A stretch of 36,095 nucleotides of DNA from Candidatus Eiseniibacteriota bacterium (GCA_044229145.1 JBGATO010000039.1:1-36095); one strand, 5' to 3'. Shown: positions 1 to 10,762, counted from the first letter of the stretch. Program-made: numbers and translations. Notes: generated by a model from the sequence alone, not told the origin.

Positions 1-332
1 AACATCAGCACGTAGTAGTGGTGCTCCTGCCCCTCACCCGCCACCGCGGCGGCGAAGGACCCGGCGAGCACCCAGAGGATCGTGAAGATCTCGTTGAAGC
101 GCAGAATCTGCGGCGCCGGCAGGGTGTCGAGTTGATACAGCCATAACAGCTTGCCGATGTACGCGGCCGCCAGCGCCGAAAGCGTCGTAATGAGGATCGG
201 GGTCGGCACTCCGACCTGATTGGCGAACCCGAGGTGGAGCAGGAAGATGGTGGCGAGCGTCGCCAGGCTCACGAGAACCAGCACGGTCTCGTCGCGACGG
301 TAAGTAAGGAATCCGCGTTCGGTCGGGGTCAT
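1..332 (-). CDS. Multi-pass membrane protein, N-terminal part only (runs off window); possibly the membrane input region of a sensor histidine kinase
   Basis: Not in the ORF track. ATG at 332, open frame to window edge: MTPTERGFLTYRRDETVLVLVSLATLATIFLLHLGF...ILWVLAGSFAAAVAGEGQEHHYYVLM, about 3 hydrophobic helices. Kinase identity is inference only. Confidence 0.6.
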   Translation of the reverse strand, partial: MTPTERGFLTYRRDETVLVLVSLATLATIFLLHLGFANQVGVPTPILITTLSALAAAYIGKLLWLYQLDTLPAPQILRFNEIFTILWVLAGSFAAAVAGEGQEHHYYVLM

Positions 333-346
333 GGGGAGCCGGGCAT

Positions 347-420
347 CCACGTCCGGGGCGAGGACAGCGGCCACCACCGCGGGGGCACGCACCACGTCCG
401 GGGCGCGCAGGATAGCAGCC
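347..420. repeat. Imperfect direct repeat with exact 14-bp core CCACGTCCGGGGCG
   Basis: Core at 347-360 and 392-405, followed by AGGACAGCGGCC and (CGC)AGGATAGCAGCC respectively; 45-bp offset. Confidence 0.7.
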
Positions 421-469
421 GCGACGGAGCGGGCGCCACTCCAGCCTGCCATCCGCGGAAAACGCCGCG

Positions 470-2377
470 TCATCCCGCGGCGGACATGCCCGCGGGCACT
501 CCGGTCACCCGCGTCTCCGAACTCGTCGCCAGCAACGGTGCCACCATGCCGCGCACTGCCACGCCGCCGCGGTGCGCCGCGAGCCATCCCTCCACGGAGT
601 CGGCCTCCAGCGGCCAGCCGATCCCGAAACCCTGCACGGCATCGCAGCCGAGGGCGCGCACCGCATCGGCGTCCTCGGAGTTCTCGACGCCCTCGGCGAG
701 CACCGTCAGGCCGAGGTGGTGCCCGAGGTCGACCATGAAGCGCACGATCTCGCGGCCCTGGTCCGAGGCGCCGACATCGTGCACGAAACTGCGGTCGATC
801 TTGAGTTCGCTGAACGGCAGCGCGCGCAAGTGCATGATCGACGAATAGCCGCTGCCGAAATCGTCGAGCGACAGGTGCACACCCGCGGCGTGCAGGCGGC
901 GGAGCGTCGCTGCGCCCTCCGCCGCGCTGCCGACCAAGGCATCCTCGGTGAGTTCGAGCCGGAGTGCGGAGGCAGGCACCTGATGGCGCTCGAGCGCCGC
1001 CAGGACGTCCTCGTCGAGGCCGCCGCTCTCGAGATCGCGCGCCGTGACATTGACCGCGATGCGGAGGTCGAGTCCGCTGTCGCGCCACCGCCGCGCCTGC
1101 GCCACCGCGACGTCGAGAATCCGATGGGTCAGTGCGCGCAACAATCCACTCTGCTCGGCGATGCCGAGGAAGTCGCGCGGCAGCAATTCTCCGCGCGTCG
1201 GGTGCCGCCAGCGCACCAGCGCCTCGACGCTTCGCACGTCGCCTTCGCGCACCGACCGCTGCGGCTGGTAGACCAGGCGCAACTCATCGGCGTCCAAGCC
1301 GCGGCGCAAGTCCGCCACCAGCGCCAGTGCCCGCGTGCCGTAACTGTCGCACGCGGGCCCATACACCACCGGGCGACGGCGGGGCAACGACGCGGCACAG
1401 GCAGCCTGCCCGCGTTGCAGCAGGACGTCGCCGCCCTCGCCGTGCTCGGGGTACAACGCGATGCCGATCGCCGGTTCGATCTCCAACGAGAGACCGCCGA
1501 CGACGAACGGCGCTTCGAATTGCCGGCGAATCTTGCGCGCCGCGTCATAGGCCGCCTGTTCGCCAGCGTCAGGCAGGAGGAGGGCGAAGAGATCGGTCCC
1601 GATGTGCGCGATGGTGTCGGCGTGGAGATCGCAGGTGGCGAGACGTCGCGCCATGGCGCGCAGCAAGGCGTCCGCAGCGGCCAGCCCGTGGGCCTCGCCG
1701 ACCTGGCGCACCCCGGCGGTGTCGACGAGCACCACCGCCAGTGTGCACCCGCAGACCCGCGCTTCACGCAACCGCTCCTCGAGTCGCTCGTCGAGCAGCC
1801 GCTGGTTGGGCAACTCGGTGACGCGGTCGAAGTAGAGCAGCTTGTGCGCTGCAAGTTCGGCGATTCGCCGCTCGGTGATGTCGACTCCGAACCCGTGCAG
1901 CACGGGGATCCCGTCCGGCGTGTCGCGCTGCACGCGTCCGCCCACCTGGAGCCAGGCGAATCCGCCGCGCGCGTTCACGACGCGAAACTCGAGGGTGGCG
2001 AGTTCGCCGGTGTCCACCGCCTGCCGCATGCTCTCGAGCAGGTGGGCGCGATCGTGCGGATGCACCAGACGCAGCCACAGCGCGGGATCGCGCCGCCAGT
2101 CGTCGAGGGTGTGGCCGGTCAGCTGCTCGACCTGCGGCGACACGTACACCGTGCTCCACGACTCCGCGAAGCGCGCGATGAAGGTGTACGCCGGGATGGT
2201 CTCGAGGTGGCGCTGGTAGTCCTGCTCCGCGCGGGCCCTCTGGCGCTCGGCGCGCCGCCGCAACCGCCGCTCACCCGCCACCAGCGACAGCGGGCCGAGA
2301 AGCAGCGTGGTGAGGAACGGGTGCTCGACGATCGGCCGGAAGAGTGCAAGGTTGGCTGGAAGTGAAAGGATCGACAT
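470..2377 (-). CDS. PAS-GGDEF(degenerate)-EAL protein, probable c-di-GMP phosphodiesterase
   Basis: PAS (YVSPQVEQLTG..VHPHDR..DITERR); GGDEF site reads HIGTDLF; EAL motifs VEALVRW, AVN, ELTE, DDFGSGYSS, KIDRSF, AEGVE present. ATG 2377 chosen because the track start (2524) lies upstream of the sigma54 promoter. Confidence 0.9.
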   Translation of the reverse strand: MSILSLPANLALFRPIVEHPFLTTLLLGPLSLVAGERRLRRRAERQRARAEQDYQRHLETIPAYTFIARFAESWSTVYVSPQVEQLTGHTLDDWRRDPALWLRLVHPHDRAHLLESMRQAVDTGELATLEFRVVNARGGFAWLQVGGRVQRDTPDGIPVLHGFGVDITERRIAELAAHKLLYFDRVTELPNQRLLDERLEERLREARVCGCTLAVVLVDTAGVRQVGEAHGLAAADALLRAMARRLATCDLHADTIAHIGTDLFALLLPDAGEQAAYDAARKIRRQFEAPFVVGGLSLEIEPAIGIALYPEHGEGGDVLLQRGQAACAASLPRRRPVVYGPACDSYGTRALALVADLRRGLDADELRLVYQPQRSVREGDVRSVEALVRWRHPTRGELLPRDFLGIAEQSGLLRALTHRILDVAVAQARRWRDSGLDLRIAVNVTARDLESGGLDEDVLAALERHQVPASALRLELTEDALVGSAAEGAATLRRLHAAGVHLSLDDFGSGYSSIMHLRALPFSELKIDRSFVHDVGASDQGREIVRFMVDLGHHLGLTVLAEGVENSEDADAVRALGCDAVQGFGIGWPLEADSVEGWLAAHRGGVAVRGMVAPLLATSSETRVTGVPAGMSAAG

Positions 2378-2468
2378 GTCCCTGTGTCCCTGACGCATGC
2401 CGCAAGAGATCGCGCCCCGGGGGACGTCTCGCGCGACGTGCGGATTCCTGTGATGCAGGAGACAACAG

Positions 2469-2483
2469 GCAAGCCGGGTGCCA
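2469..2483 (-). promoter_or_regulatory. Sigma54 (RpoN) -24/-12 promoter
   Basis: Minus strand TGGCAC-CCGGC-TTGC matches TGGCAC-N5-TTGC exactly, about 90 bp upstream of the EAL gene start and correctly oriented. Confidence 0.8.
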
Positions 2484-2558
2484 CTGGAGGAGAATCCGCT
2501 AACTGCTGACGGAACAACGCACACACGCGTAGCTGGCGCCGCAGAACGGCGGCGGCGT

Positions 2559-2603
2559 TCGAATTTTCGGACGGCGGTGCGGGTCGCGGCGCCGAATCTT
2601 CGA
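2559..2603. promoter_or_regulatory. Paired upstream activator sites for an enhancer-binding protein (CCGAAnnTTCGA)
   Basis: TCGAATTTTCGG (2559-2570) and CCGAATCTTCGA (2592-2603): near-palindromes, inverted relative to each other, 33 bp apart, 75-120 bp upstream of the -24 element. Confidence 0.6.
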
Positions 2604-2623
2604 ATCTGGACCGGCGCGGCGGC

Positions 2624-3328
2624 CTACGCGGCCGGTTCGCCGCGTGCCCACGCCTCGAGGATGGCGAGCCGCGCGTCCGGCGCAGCGGGGAGATCCGCGC
2701 GGAGCCGCGGCACACCCTCGCGGATCGTCAGCACGCGGGCGGCGAACGGCGCGAAGGGTGCGAGGTCGTGTGTCACCACCACGACGGTGGCGCCCGCGGC
2801 GGCGCGCTCCGCCACCCACGCCAGCGTCGCGTCGCGCGTCGGGCGGTCGAGCGTCTCCAGGGGTTCGTCGAGCAAGATGACACGCGGATCGCCGATCCAC
2901 GCCGCCGCCAGCACGGCGCGGCGGCGCTGCCCCATCGACAGTTCGCGAATCGAGCGCGCGGCCAGCCCCGAGAGCCCGGCACGCGCCAGCGCCGCGCCGG
3001 CGTCTCCGCGGGCGCCGCCGCGCAGGCAGGCGACGAACTCCAGCACCTCGCCCACCGTCGCGTACGGCGTGAGGTCGGGCTGCTCCGGGACGTACGCGAG
3101 CGGCGTGCGCGCGGCGACCTCGTCGCGCCACATGTCGTGCGCGCCGACGAAGACGTGCCCCTGGTGCGGCGGCTCGACGCCGGCAAGCAATCGCAGCAGC
3201 GTGCTCTTCCCGCAGCCGTTCGGACCAACCAGCAGCGTGACGCCGCTCTCGAGCGCCAGCGCGTCGCACTGGACGACCCACTCGCGGCCGCGATACGCGT
3301 AGCGCACGCCGTCGAGGCGAAGGATCAT
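2624..3328 (-). CDS. ABC transporter ATP-binding protein
   Basis: MILRLDGVRYAY start; Walker A GPNGCGKST, signature LSMGQ, Walker B ILLDEP, switch VTHD. Confidence 0.93.
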   Translation of the reverse strand: MILRLDGVRYAYRGREWVVQCDALALESGVTLLVGPNGCGKSTLLRLLAGVEPPHQGHVFVGAHDMWRDEVAARTPLAYVPEQPDLTPYATVGEVLEFVACLRGGARGDAGAALARAGLSGLAARSIRELSMGQRRRAVLAAAWIGDPRVILLDEPLETLDRPTRDATLAWVAERAAAGATVVVVTHDLAPFAPFAARVLTIREGVPRLRADLPAAPDARLAILEAWARGEPAA

Positions 3329-4593
3329 GTGCCACTCCACGACAAGGGATCGCCCGCCGCCACGTGCGCGAGCTCGTCCCAGCGCACGCTGCGCAGGTGC
3401 CGTTCGCGGCGCCGGGCCCACACGAATGCCGGCCCCGCGAGCGCCAGCGCGCACAGCCAGCCGCCAGGCACCAGCATGCACGCGACCAGCACCCCGCCGG
3501 CGGCGAGCGCATCGCGCGCGGGGCCGTCGCGTCGGGCCGCATCGGCGCGGATGGCCGCCACGCACGCCACCGCGAGGGCGGGCAGCGCGGCCGCCACTCG
3601 CGCGCACCTGCGCCATCGCGTAGACACCGCCCAGTGCGACGACGACGAGCCCGACAGCGAAGGCGCACACCGCGTCGTCGCGTATCCGGCGGGCCGCGCC
3701 GTAGGGCAGCGAGCGTGCCCACGGCCACGGCGGCCGCCGCACCGCTGGTTGGCACCGTCGCCAGCTGCGCGCCACGGTGCAGCAGCGCCACGTCAAACCC
3801 GCCGCGTCACCGCTGCGCACGGCGGACATCGGCAGGTCGTTGTTGCGCGCGAAGAAGTACGCGGCCGCGACCGGCACCGTGGCGAGCGCCCACCCGACGA
3901 GCACATCGCCGCGCACCGCCCGCAGGGCGATGCGCCACGGCAACGGGCCGACTCCCAGCGCCGGCACGCGCCAGCGCGGTGTCGCGCACACTTTTCGGCC
4001 GCCGCGTCGTAGAGCACCAGACCGACCAGGGCGAAGACGCATCCAAGCGGCGTCGCCCAGATCGCGCAGACGACGGCGACCGCGACCGCGAGCCGCGCCG
4101 CACCCCCGCGCACCGGCACCGCGCACGCCGCCACCGCGGGCGCTGCGAGGGCCAACCCCACGAGCCGCCACGGATCGCCGCGCAAACCGCCGCTGCCGGC
4201 CTCCGCGCGGGCGAGGACGCCGGCCAGCAACAACGCGGCGGCGATCCACACGCCCGCGCTCGCCGCGCACGCGCTCCCCCACACCGCCCGCCGATGCGTG
4301 ACCGCGCGCACCGGCAGGTGGCGCATCCACCCGTGCAAGCCGACGATCGTGCGCTCCGCGGTGAGGCGGCAGGCGAGGAACGCGAAGGCGCACACGGCGA
4401 CGGTCGCCCCACGCGATCCATCGGGCCGCGCGAGGTCATGCGCGAGGCGGGCCAACACCGCGACGAGCGGCGGCGGCGTCATGCCGATCGCCAGGATGAG
4501 CAACATCCACGAGGAGAGGAACGCGCGGCCGGCCACGCGGCCACCGGCGCCGGCGTGGAAACGCAGCGCCGCCCACTCCGGTCGTCGTGTCAT
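3325..4593 (-). pseudogene. Probable ABC permease-like membrane protein broken by several frameshifts (pseudogene or assembly indels)
   Basis: Hydrophobic segments hop between frames (3793..4593, 2624..4393, 2499..3791, 3325..3627). RBS-like GGGGAG before ATG 4593; the last stop overlaps the ATPase start (ATGA). Confidence 0.6.
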
Positions 4594-4640
4594 GTCACGT
4601 CTCCCCCGAGTGGACGGCGCTCGATCGGCCGCGCGTGTGT

Positions 4641-5831
<1,191 letters not shown>

Positions 5832-6113
5832 CGACGGACCTCCTCTGACTCGCACGACGCACGCGGCGGGCGTGCGGCGGCGGCATCGTAGAGAGCCCCC
5901 GCCTGCACCGCCAGGACCACCCGGGGCAGTCAGAGCGCATCTCTGAGAGACCGCGAGTGCAAAAAAATCGGCATAGCGGTGCCCTGGAATCGATTTCCGT
6001 GCGGTGATCGTCCTGTCCTCCGCCCGTTCGGATTCGTAAGATGTTGTCCCGTCTGGGAGGAGCGCCGCGCGGCCTCCGTCCCCGCGAGACCTTCACCTCC
6101 CTCTGGAAGGGCC

Positions 6114-7334
6114 ATGTCGCAGATCCTCGAGCCGACCCCCACGCTGGCGCGCGCCGAAGAAATCGGCACCGTATTGCGCCGCAGTTTCCTGCCGTTGCTG
6201 TCCCAGGACGGCGTCGTCCTGCGCCCGTCGCAGATGACGCGGCGCTTCGGACTCGACAAGAGCCTCGCCGCCCGGCTCGCCCGGGCGATGCGCGCCGAGT
6301 CGACGCTCGAGCTGGTGCACTGGATTCCTTCGCCGCAGGGGCTGCGCATCGTCCTGCAGGGCGCCCAGAAGGCGGGCGTCGCGCCCGAGGTCCTGGCGCG
6401 CGCCGCCGAAGCAGTCGAGAGCTTCCGCGACCTCATCGAACGGACCGACGGCGGGCGGGCGTCGCTCGATGCGCACGTCGCCAAGTCCGAGCTCGAGGTG
6501 CGGCGGCGCCGGGAGGAGACGTCCAAGCAGGCGGTCAACCGCGGCATGGAGTTCCTCCTCGGCTTCAGCTGCGACGTCCTGATCACCACCGTCGTGCTGC
6601 GCCGCTCGGACGCCGGCACACACATCGACTGCCTCGAACTCCACCACCGGCTCGGCATGCGCCGGCTGCGGCCGAACACGCCGCTCGCCTTCCTCAGCGT
6701 CAACCTCTCGCGCGAGGAGAGTGGCACCGAGGGTGGCCCGCGTTTGCTCACGCTCGACGGCCAGCCGTGCAGCGACGATCCCCACGCCGTGCTCCTGCGC
6801 GAGTACAGCACCGATCCGCTGCCGACACTCGAAATGGTGCGGGAGGACGGCCACGTCGTGCTCGTGTTGCCGGAAGACGAGGAAATGTTGAGCGAGCGCG
6901 TCACCCTCACGTCCGGCTTCCGCTATCAGCATGCGTGGGACTTGCGCGCGGCGCCCGCCGAGATCACGCGCAGCTATCTCCTCCACTATCCGTGCCGCCA
7001 GCTGGTCCGCGACATCTATCTGGACGCATCGCTGTTCGCCGATACGCCACCGGAGATCACGATCGAAGTCCCGAGTCCCGCCGGCATGCCGGCGACGCGG
7101 CGGACCGGGCGCATGGCCCGCCTGGCGTCCGTGGATGTCGAGATGCCGGTCCAACCGCTGCCGGCGTTGTCGCACGCGTCGGTGCGCGGTGCGCCGCTCT
7201 ACGGCGATCTGCTGCAGCGCGCCTTCGCCTCGGCAGGCTGGGACCCGGCGGACTTCCGCGGCTACCGCGCCACCAAGAGCTACCCGACGCCGCTCCTGCT
7301 CATGTCCTGGTGGATGAAGCTGGCGAACCGCTAG
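6114..7334 (+). CDS. Hypothetical protein, 406 aa, with possible N-terminal helix-turn-helix
   Basis: Normal globular composition; GGAAGG before ATG 6114; -10-like TAAGAT at 6037-6042; segment RPSQMTRRFGLDKSLAARLAR looks HTH-like. Confidence 0.75.
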   Translation: MSQILEPTPTLARAEEIGTVLRRSFLPLLSQDGVVLRPSQMTRRFGLDKSLAARLARAMRAESTLELVHWIPSPQGLRIVLQGAQKAGVAPEVLARAAEAVESFRDLIERTDGGRASLDAHVAKSELEVRRRREETSKQAVNRGMEFLLGFSCDVLITTVVLRRSDAGTHIDCLELHHRLGMRRLRPNTPLAFLSVNLSREESGTEGGPRLLTLDGQPCSDDPHAVLLREYSTDPLPTLEMVREDGHVVLVLPEDEEMLSERVTLTSGFRYQHAWDLRAAPAEITRSYLLHYPCRQLVRDIYLDASLFADTPPEITIEVPSPAGMPATRRTGRMARLASVDVEMPVQPLPALSHASVRGAPLYGDLLQRAFASAGWDPADFRGYRATKSYPTPLLLMSWWMKLANR

Positions 7335-7394
7335 CCGGCGCGGCGCGCAGAGGACGGTTGTGCCCGTCCACGCCCTGAGGCACACTCGGCGGCC

Positions 7395-8633
7395 ATGGAT
7401 CGCGCCCCCTTGTCGCCTTCGCTGCTGGTGCAGAAGTACGGCGGGACGTCGCTCGCCACGCCCGAGCGCATCCGCGCCGTGGCGCACCGCATCCTGCGCG
7501 AACGCGACGCCGGGAAGTCGCTCATCGTGGTGGTCAGCGCGATGGGGCATTCCACCGACGAATTGATCTCGCTCGCCCACCAAGTCGCCGCGGTGCCCAG
7601 CCGCCGCGAGATGGACATGCTGCTCACCGCGGGCGAACGCATCTCGATGGCGCTGCTCTCGATGTGTCTGAGCGACCTCGGCGCCGACGCCATCAGCTTC
7701 ACCGGCTCGCAGTCCGGCATCATCACCAGCGCCTCGCACACCGATGCCCGCATCGTCGACGTCCGCCCGCACCGCATCCACGACGAACTGGCGAAGGGCC
7801 GCATCGTCATCGTCGCCGGCTTCCAGGGCGTGAGCACGGCGAAGGAAGTCACGACGCTCGGGCGCGGCGGTTCCGACACCACCGCGGTCACGCTGGCCGC
7901 CGCCTTCGGCGCCCCGGTGTGCGAGATCCTCACCGATGTCGACGGCATCCTGACCGCGCACCCCGGCGTGGTGCCCACCGCGCGGCGCCTGCGCGCGATT
8001 CCGTACGAAGAGATGGTCGAGATGGCGGCACTCGGCGCGCAGGTGTTACACCCGCGCGCCGCGGAGATGGCGTTCCGCTACGGCGTCGCCGTGCATGTGC
8101 GCTCGAGCTTTCACGAGGAGGCAGGCACCATGGTCACCGATCGCGCATCGGCCCGGACGTTTGAAGACGACGAAATCGCCGGAATCGCGCACGAGGACGG
8201 CTTGGCGCTGCTGCGCGTCGAGGGCCCGGCGGGCAGCGCGGCCCGTGTGCTCGTGCTGTTGTCCGGTGACGGCCTCGCGCCGCGGCTGATCGCGCAGACG
8301 CCGCGCGTCGAGGGCGGCGAAACGCTCGCCGCCGCGGTCCCGGCCGCCCGCGCCGAGATGCTGGCGGCGCGCATCCGCGAGCTCGGCGGCCTCGGCGTAC
8401 GGGTGATTGCCGACCAAGCCTCGATCAGCGTGATCGGGAAGAGCGTGCTGGGCGAAGGACCCCTGCTCACCGAGCTGTTCCAGACGCTGGCGACTGCCGA
8501 TATACCGGTGTCTCTGTGCACCACCTCGGCGCTCAGCGCCTCGGTCTTGGTGCCGGCGGCGCGTGCCACGGATGCGGTGCGCGCGCTGCACGCGGCGCTC
8601 ATCGACGCGCACGCGGCGGCACCGCCGGCCTAG
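7395..8633 (+). CDS. lysC: Aspartate kinase
   Basis: VQKYGGTS, VVVSAMG, DMLLTAGERIS, VAGFQG, TTLGRGGSDTTA, TDVDG; C-terminal ACT-like region. Confidence 0.95.
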   Translation: MDRAPLSPSLLVQKYGGTSLATPERIRAVAHRILRERDAGKSLIVVVSAMGHSTDELISLAHQVAAVPSRREMDMLLTAGERISMALLSMCLSDLGADAISFTGSQSGIITSASHTDARIVDVRPHRIHDELAKGRIVIVAGFQGVSTAKEVTTLGRGGSDTTAVTLAAAFGAPVCEILTDVDGILTAHPGVVPTARRLRAIPYEEMVEMAALGAQVLHPRAAEMAFRYGVAVHVRSSFHEEAGTMVTDRASARTFEDDEIAGIAHEDGLALLRVEGPAGSAARVLVLLSGDGLAPRLIAQTPRVEGGETLAAAVPAARAEMLAARIRELGGLGVRVIADQASISVIGKSVLGEGPLLTELFQTLATADIPVSLCTTSALSASVLVPAARATDAVRALHAALIDAHAAAPPA

Positions 8634-8749
8634 CTGTTCCGGCGCCGCCGCCGCTCTCCGCGGGCACGGCAGGCGCTTCGGCAGTACCCAACACGCGGAC
8701 GGCCACGCGACCTCGCGCGCGGCCGCACTCCAGGGAGGGAGACACCGTC

Positions 8750-10132
8750 ATGCGCGTTCTCCGATCCACCAGTGGGCGTCTCGTCCTGCTGGCACTCGGC
8801 GCGGCCGTCAGCTGCGCCGCGCTCCTGGCCTCCCCCAGCCAAGCGCAGACGTTCGACGCGCGGCGGCTGGCGATGGGCGGCGTGCAGATGTCCGACCTCG
8901 GCTCCGGCGGCAACGTCGCGTACGAGGCGGTGCCACGCTCCGGGGACGGCCGATTCAGCATTCCCATTCCGCTCGGCCTGATCCAGCTCGCCAGCGATCC
9001 GCCGGAGTTCGACACCGCGGACTCGACGTTCAACGTGTTCGACATCGCCAATCTCGTGCTGCATCCGCCGATCGCGTATCAGGCGGGCCAGCCGGCGACA
9101 CTCGAGGACGACATCTACGTCCGCGTGGCGCAGGACTCGCTGACCATCAACCTCGGCGACCTCCAGCGCGTGGTGCCGGCGAAGGACTGGGCGCTGGCGA
9201 CGCTGTTGCGTCTCGGCTTCACGCAGCACATCGGGCCGACCTTCGTCGGCGTGCACGTGCAAGGGCAGATGAACAACAGCGTCGGTCTCGACGACAACCT
9301 GCGCGACGCCCTCGGCCACGCGGTGCCGTTCCGCCCCAACACCACCTACGGTCTGCAAGACACCGTGCAGGCGCAGGTGGCGGCGAGCGGCGAATTCGGC
9401 GCCGCGTTCCCGGTGGTGTACAAGCCGGCACCCGGCGACAAGAACACCGATCCCAAGCTGGGCGACCCGCGGAAGAACCACGCGACGGCGTTCTACGTCG
9501 GCGGGCGCGCCAAGTATCTCCGGGGTCTCGCCTACGCCGCCGGGCACGGCAACGCGTACATCGAGACGCAGGATCCGCTCTTCGGCTCGAACAGCACGCT
9601 CGGCTTGCAGTCGGACGCGCTGGCGCGCACGAGCTCGGACGTCGGCAAGGGCAACGGCGTCGGCGCCGACCTGGGCGCGGTGCTGTTCGTCAACAACGTC
9701 GAGTTCGGCGTCGGCTTCAACGACATCGGCTCGAAGATCTCGTGGACCACCGATCTCGACCGCTATCACTACGACGCGGTGGCCGACTCGTTCGTCCACG
9801 AGGAACTGACGCGCGGCGAGAAGATCAAGATCACCTATCCGATGACCACCACCGTCAGCGGCGCGTGGCGGCACAAGCTGCTCACCGTCGGCGTCACTGC
9901 GCAACACTCGGTCGGCGACTGGACGTACCACGTCGGCGGCGAGATCCAGGCGACGCCGCTGCTCGCGTTGCGCGCCGGCTGGCACCGCGATGGTTTCGGC
10001 CTCGCGCAGTACAGTGGCGGCGTGGGCCTGCGCTTGGGGCCGGTCGGCTTCGATGTCGCGGCGGCCACCTCGTCGCTCACCATTACCCGCGAACGCCTCA
10101 CCGATGTGGCGCTCGCCTTCGTCATCTACTAA
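8750..10132 (+). CDS. Outer-membrane beta-barrel protein, FadL/PorV/TraF-like superfamily
   Basis: RBS AGGGAGGG; signal peptide ending SQA-Q; N-terminal DARRLAMGG motif; amphipathic strands (GVGADLGAVL, LALRAG, GVGLRLG); terminal aromatic residue (LAFVIY). Confidence 0.75.
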   Translation: MRVLRSTSGRLVLLALGAAVSCAALLASPSQAQTFDARRLAMGGVQMSDLGSGGNVAYEAVPRSGDGRFSIPIPLGLIQLASDPPEFDTADSTFNVFDIANLVLHPPIAYQAGQPATLEDDIYVRVAQDSLTINLGDLQRVVPAKDWALATLLRLGFTQHIGPTFVGVHVQGQMNNSVGLDDNLRDALGHAVPFRPNTTYGLQDTVQAQVAASGEFGAAFPVVYKPAPGDKNTDPKLGDPRKNHATAFYVGGRAKYLRGLAYAAGHGNAYIETQDPLFGSNSTLGLQSDALARTSSDVGKGNGVGADLGAVLFVNNVEFGVGFNDIGSKISWTTDLDRYHYDAVADSFVHEELTRGEKIKITYPMTTTVSGAWRHKLLTVGVTAQHSVGDWTYHVGGEIQATPLLALRAGWHRDGFGLAQYSGGVGLRLGPVGFDVAAATSSLTITRERLTDVALAFVIY

Positions 10133-10145
10133 CGCGGAGGGCGCA

Positions 10146-10730
10146 ATGAAGACTCGTCGTTTCGCGAGCGCCCTGGCGCTCTTGGCACTCACGCTCACCG
10201 CGGCGGCATGCGGCACGCGGCAATTGGTGCTCAGTGTCGATCTGCTGTCGTTCGTCAGCGCGGCCGACCGCGACACCACGTTCGCGACGCCGATCGCATT
10301 GCCGGCGGCGGTCACCACCACGCTCGCGCTCGTCGACAATCAGCGCATGACGCTGTTCGAAGGGCTGAACAGCGTCGTCGAATCGCCGTCGATCGATCTC
10401 GACGCGGCGATGTCGGTGACCGGCACGCGCGACTCGGCGGATGCGACCCTCAAGGTCTACATCGCCGAGGAAGGGCAGGACCCGCGCAGCACGTCGGCGC
10501 TGTTCTCGACGCCGCTGCGCATTCGCAACGGGCAGACCAGCACGGCGACGTTCTCGCTGTCGTCGTTGTCGGAGAGCGAGCAGGCGCGCGTCGCCGATTT
10601 GGTGACGCACAGCGCGGTGCAGGTTGGCATCGACGTCGTGCTGTCGATCCCGGCGAACACGCGGCCGGGCGGCACGGTCACGCTCACGCAGCTCGACGCC
10701 ACGGTGCGGGCGAACCGGCCGAAGTTGTAG
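10146..10730 (+). CDS. Lipoprotein of unknown function, beta-rich
   Basis: RBS GGAGGG; MKTRR, hydrophobic core, lipobox TAAAC; starts 13 bp after the barrel stop. Confidence 0.8.
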   Translation: MKTRRFASALALLALTLTAAACGTRQLVLSVDLLSFVSAADRDTTFATPIALPAAVTTTLALVDNQRMTLFEGLNSVVESPSIDLDAAMSVTGTRDSADATLKVYIAEEGQDPRSTSALFSTPLRIRNGQTSTATFSLSSLSESEQARVADLVTHSAVQVGIDVVLSIPANTRPGGTVTLTQLDATVRANRPKL

Positions 10731-10762
10731 GCTGCCGCAGCGGGATTCGCCATCATGCGACA

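Noticed and set aside
347..420. CRISPR mini-array
   Set aside because: Only two short imperfect copies and no cas genes.
5832..6113. Glycine riboswitch upstream of kbl (CTCTCAG on the minus strand)
   Set aside because: The other conserved aptamer elements (GGAGA, CCGAAG) and the tandem layout were not found.
8750..10132. Conjugation gene or mobile element from the TraF-like motif
   Set aside because: No relaxase, T4SS, integrase or compositional shift; the motif is shared by non-conjugative barrels.
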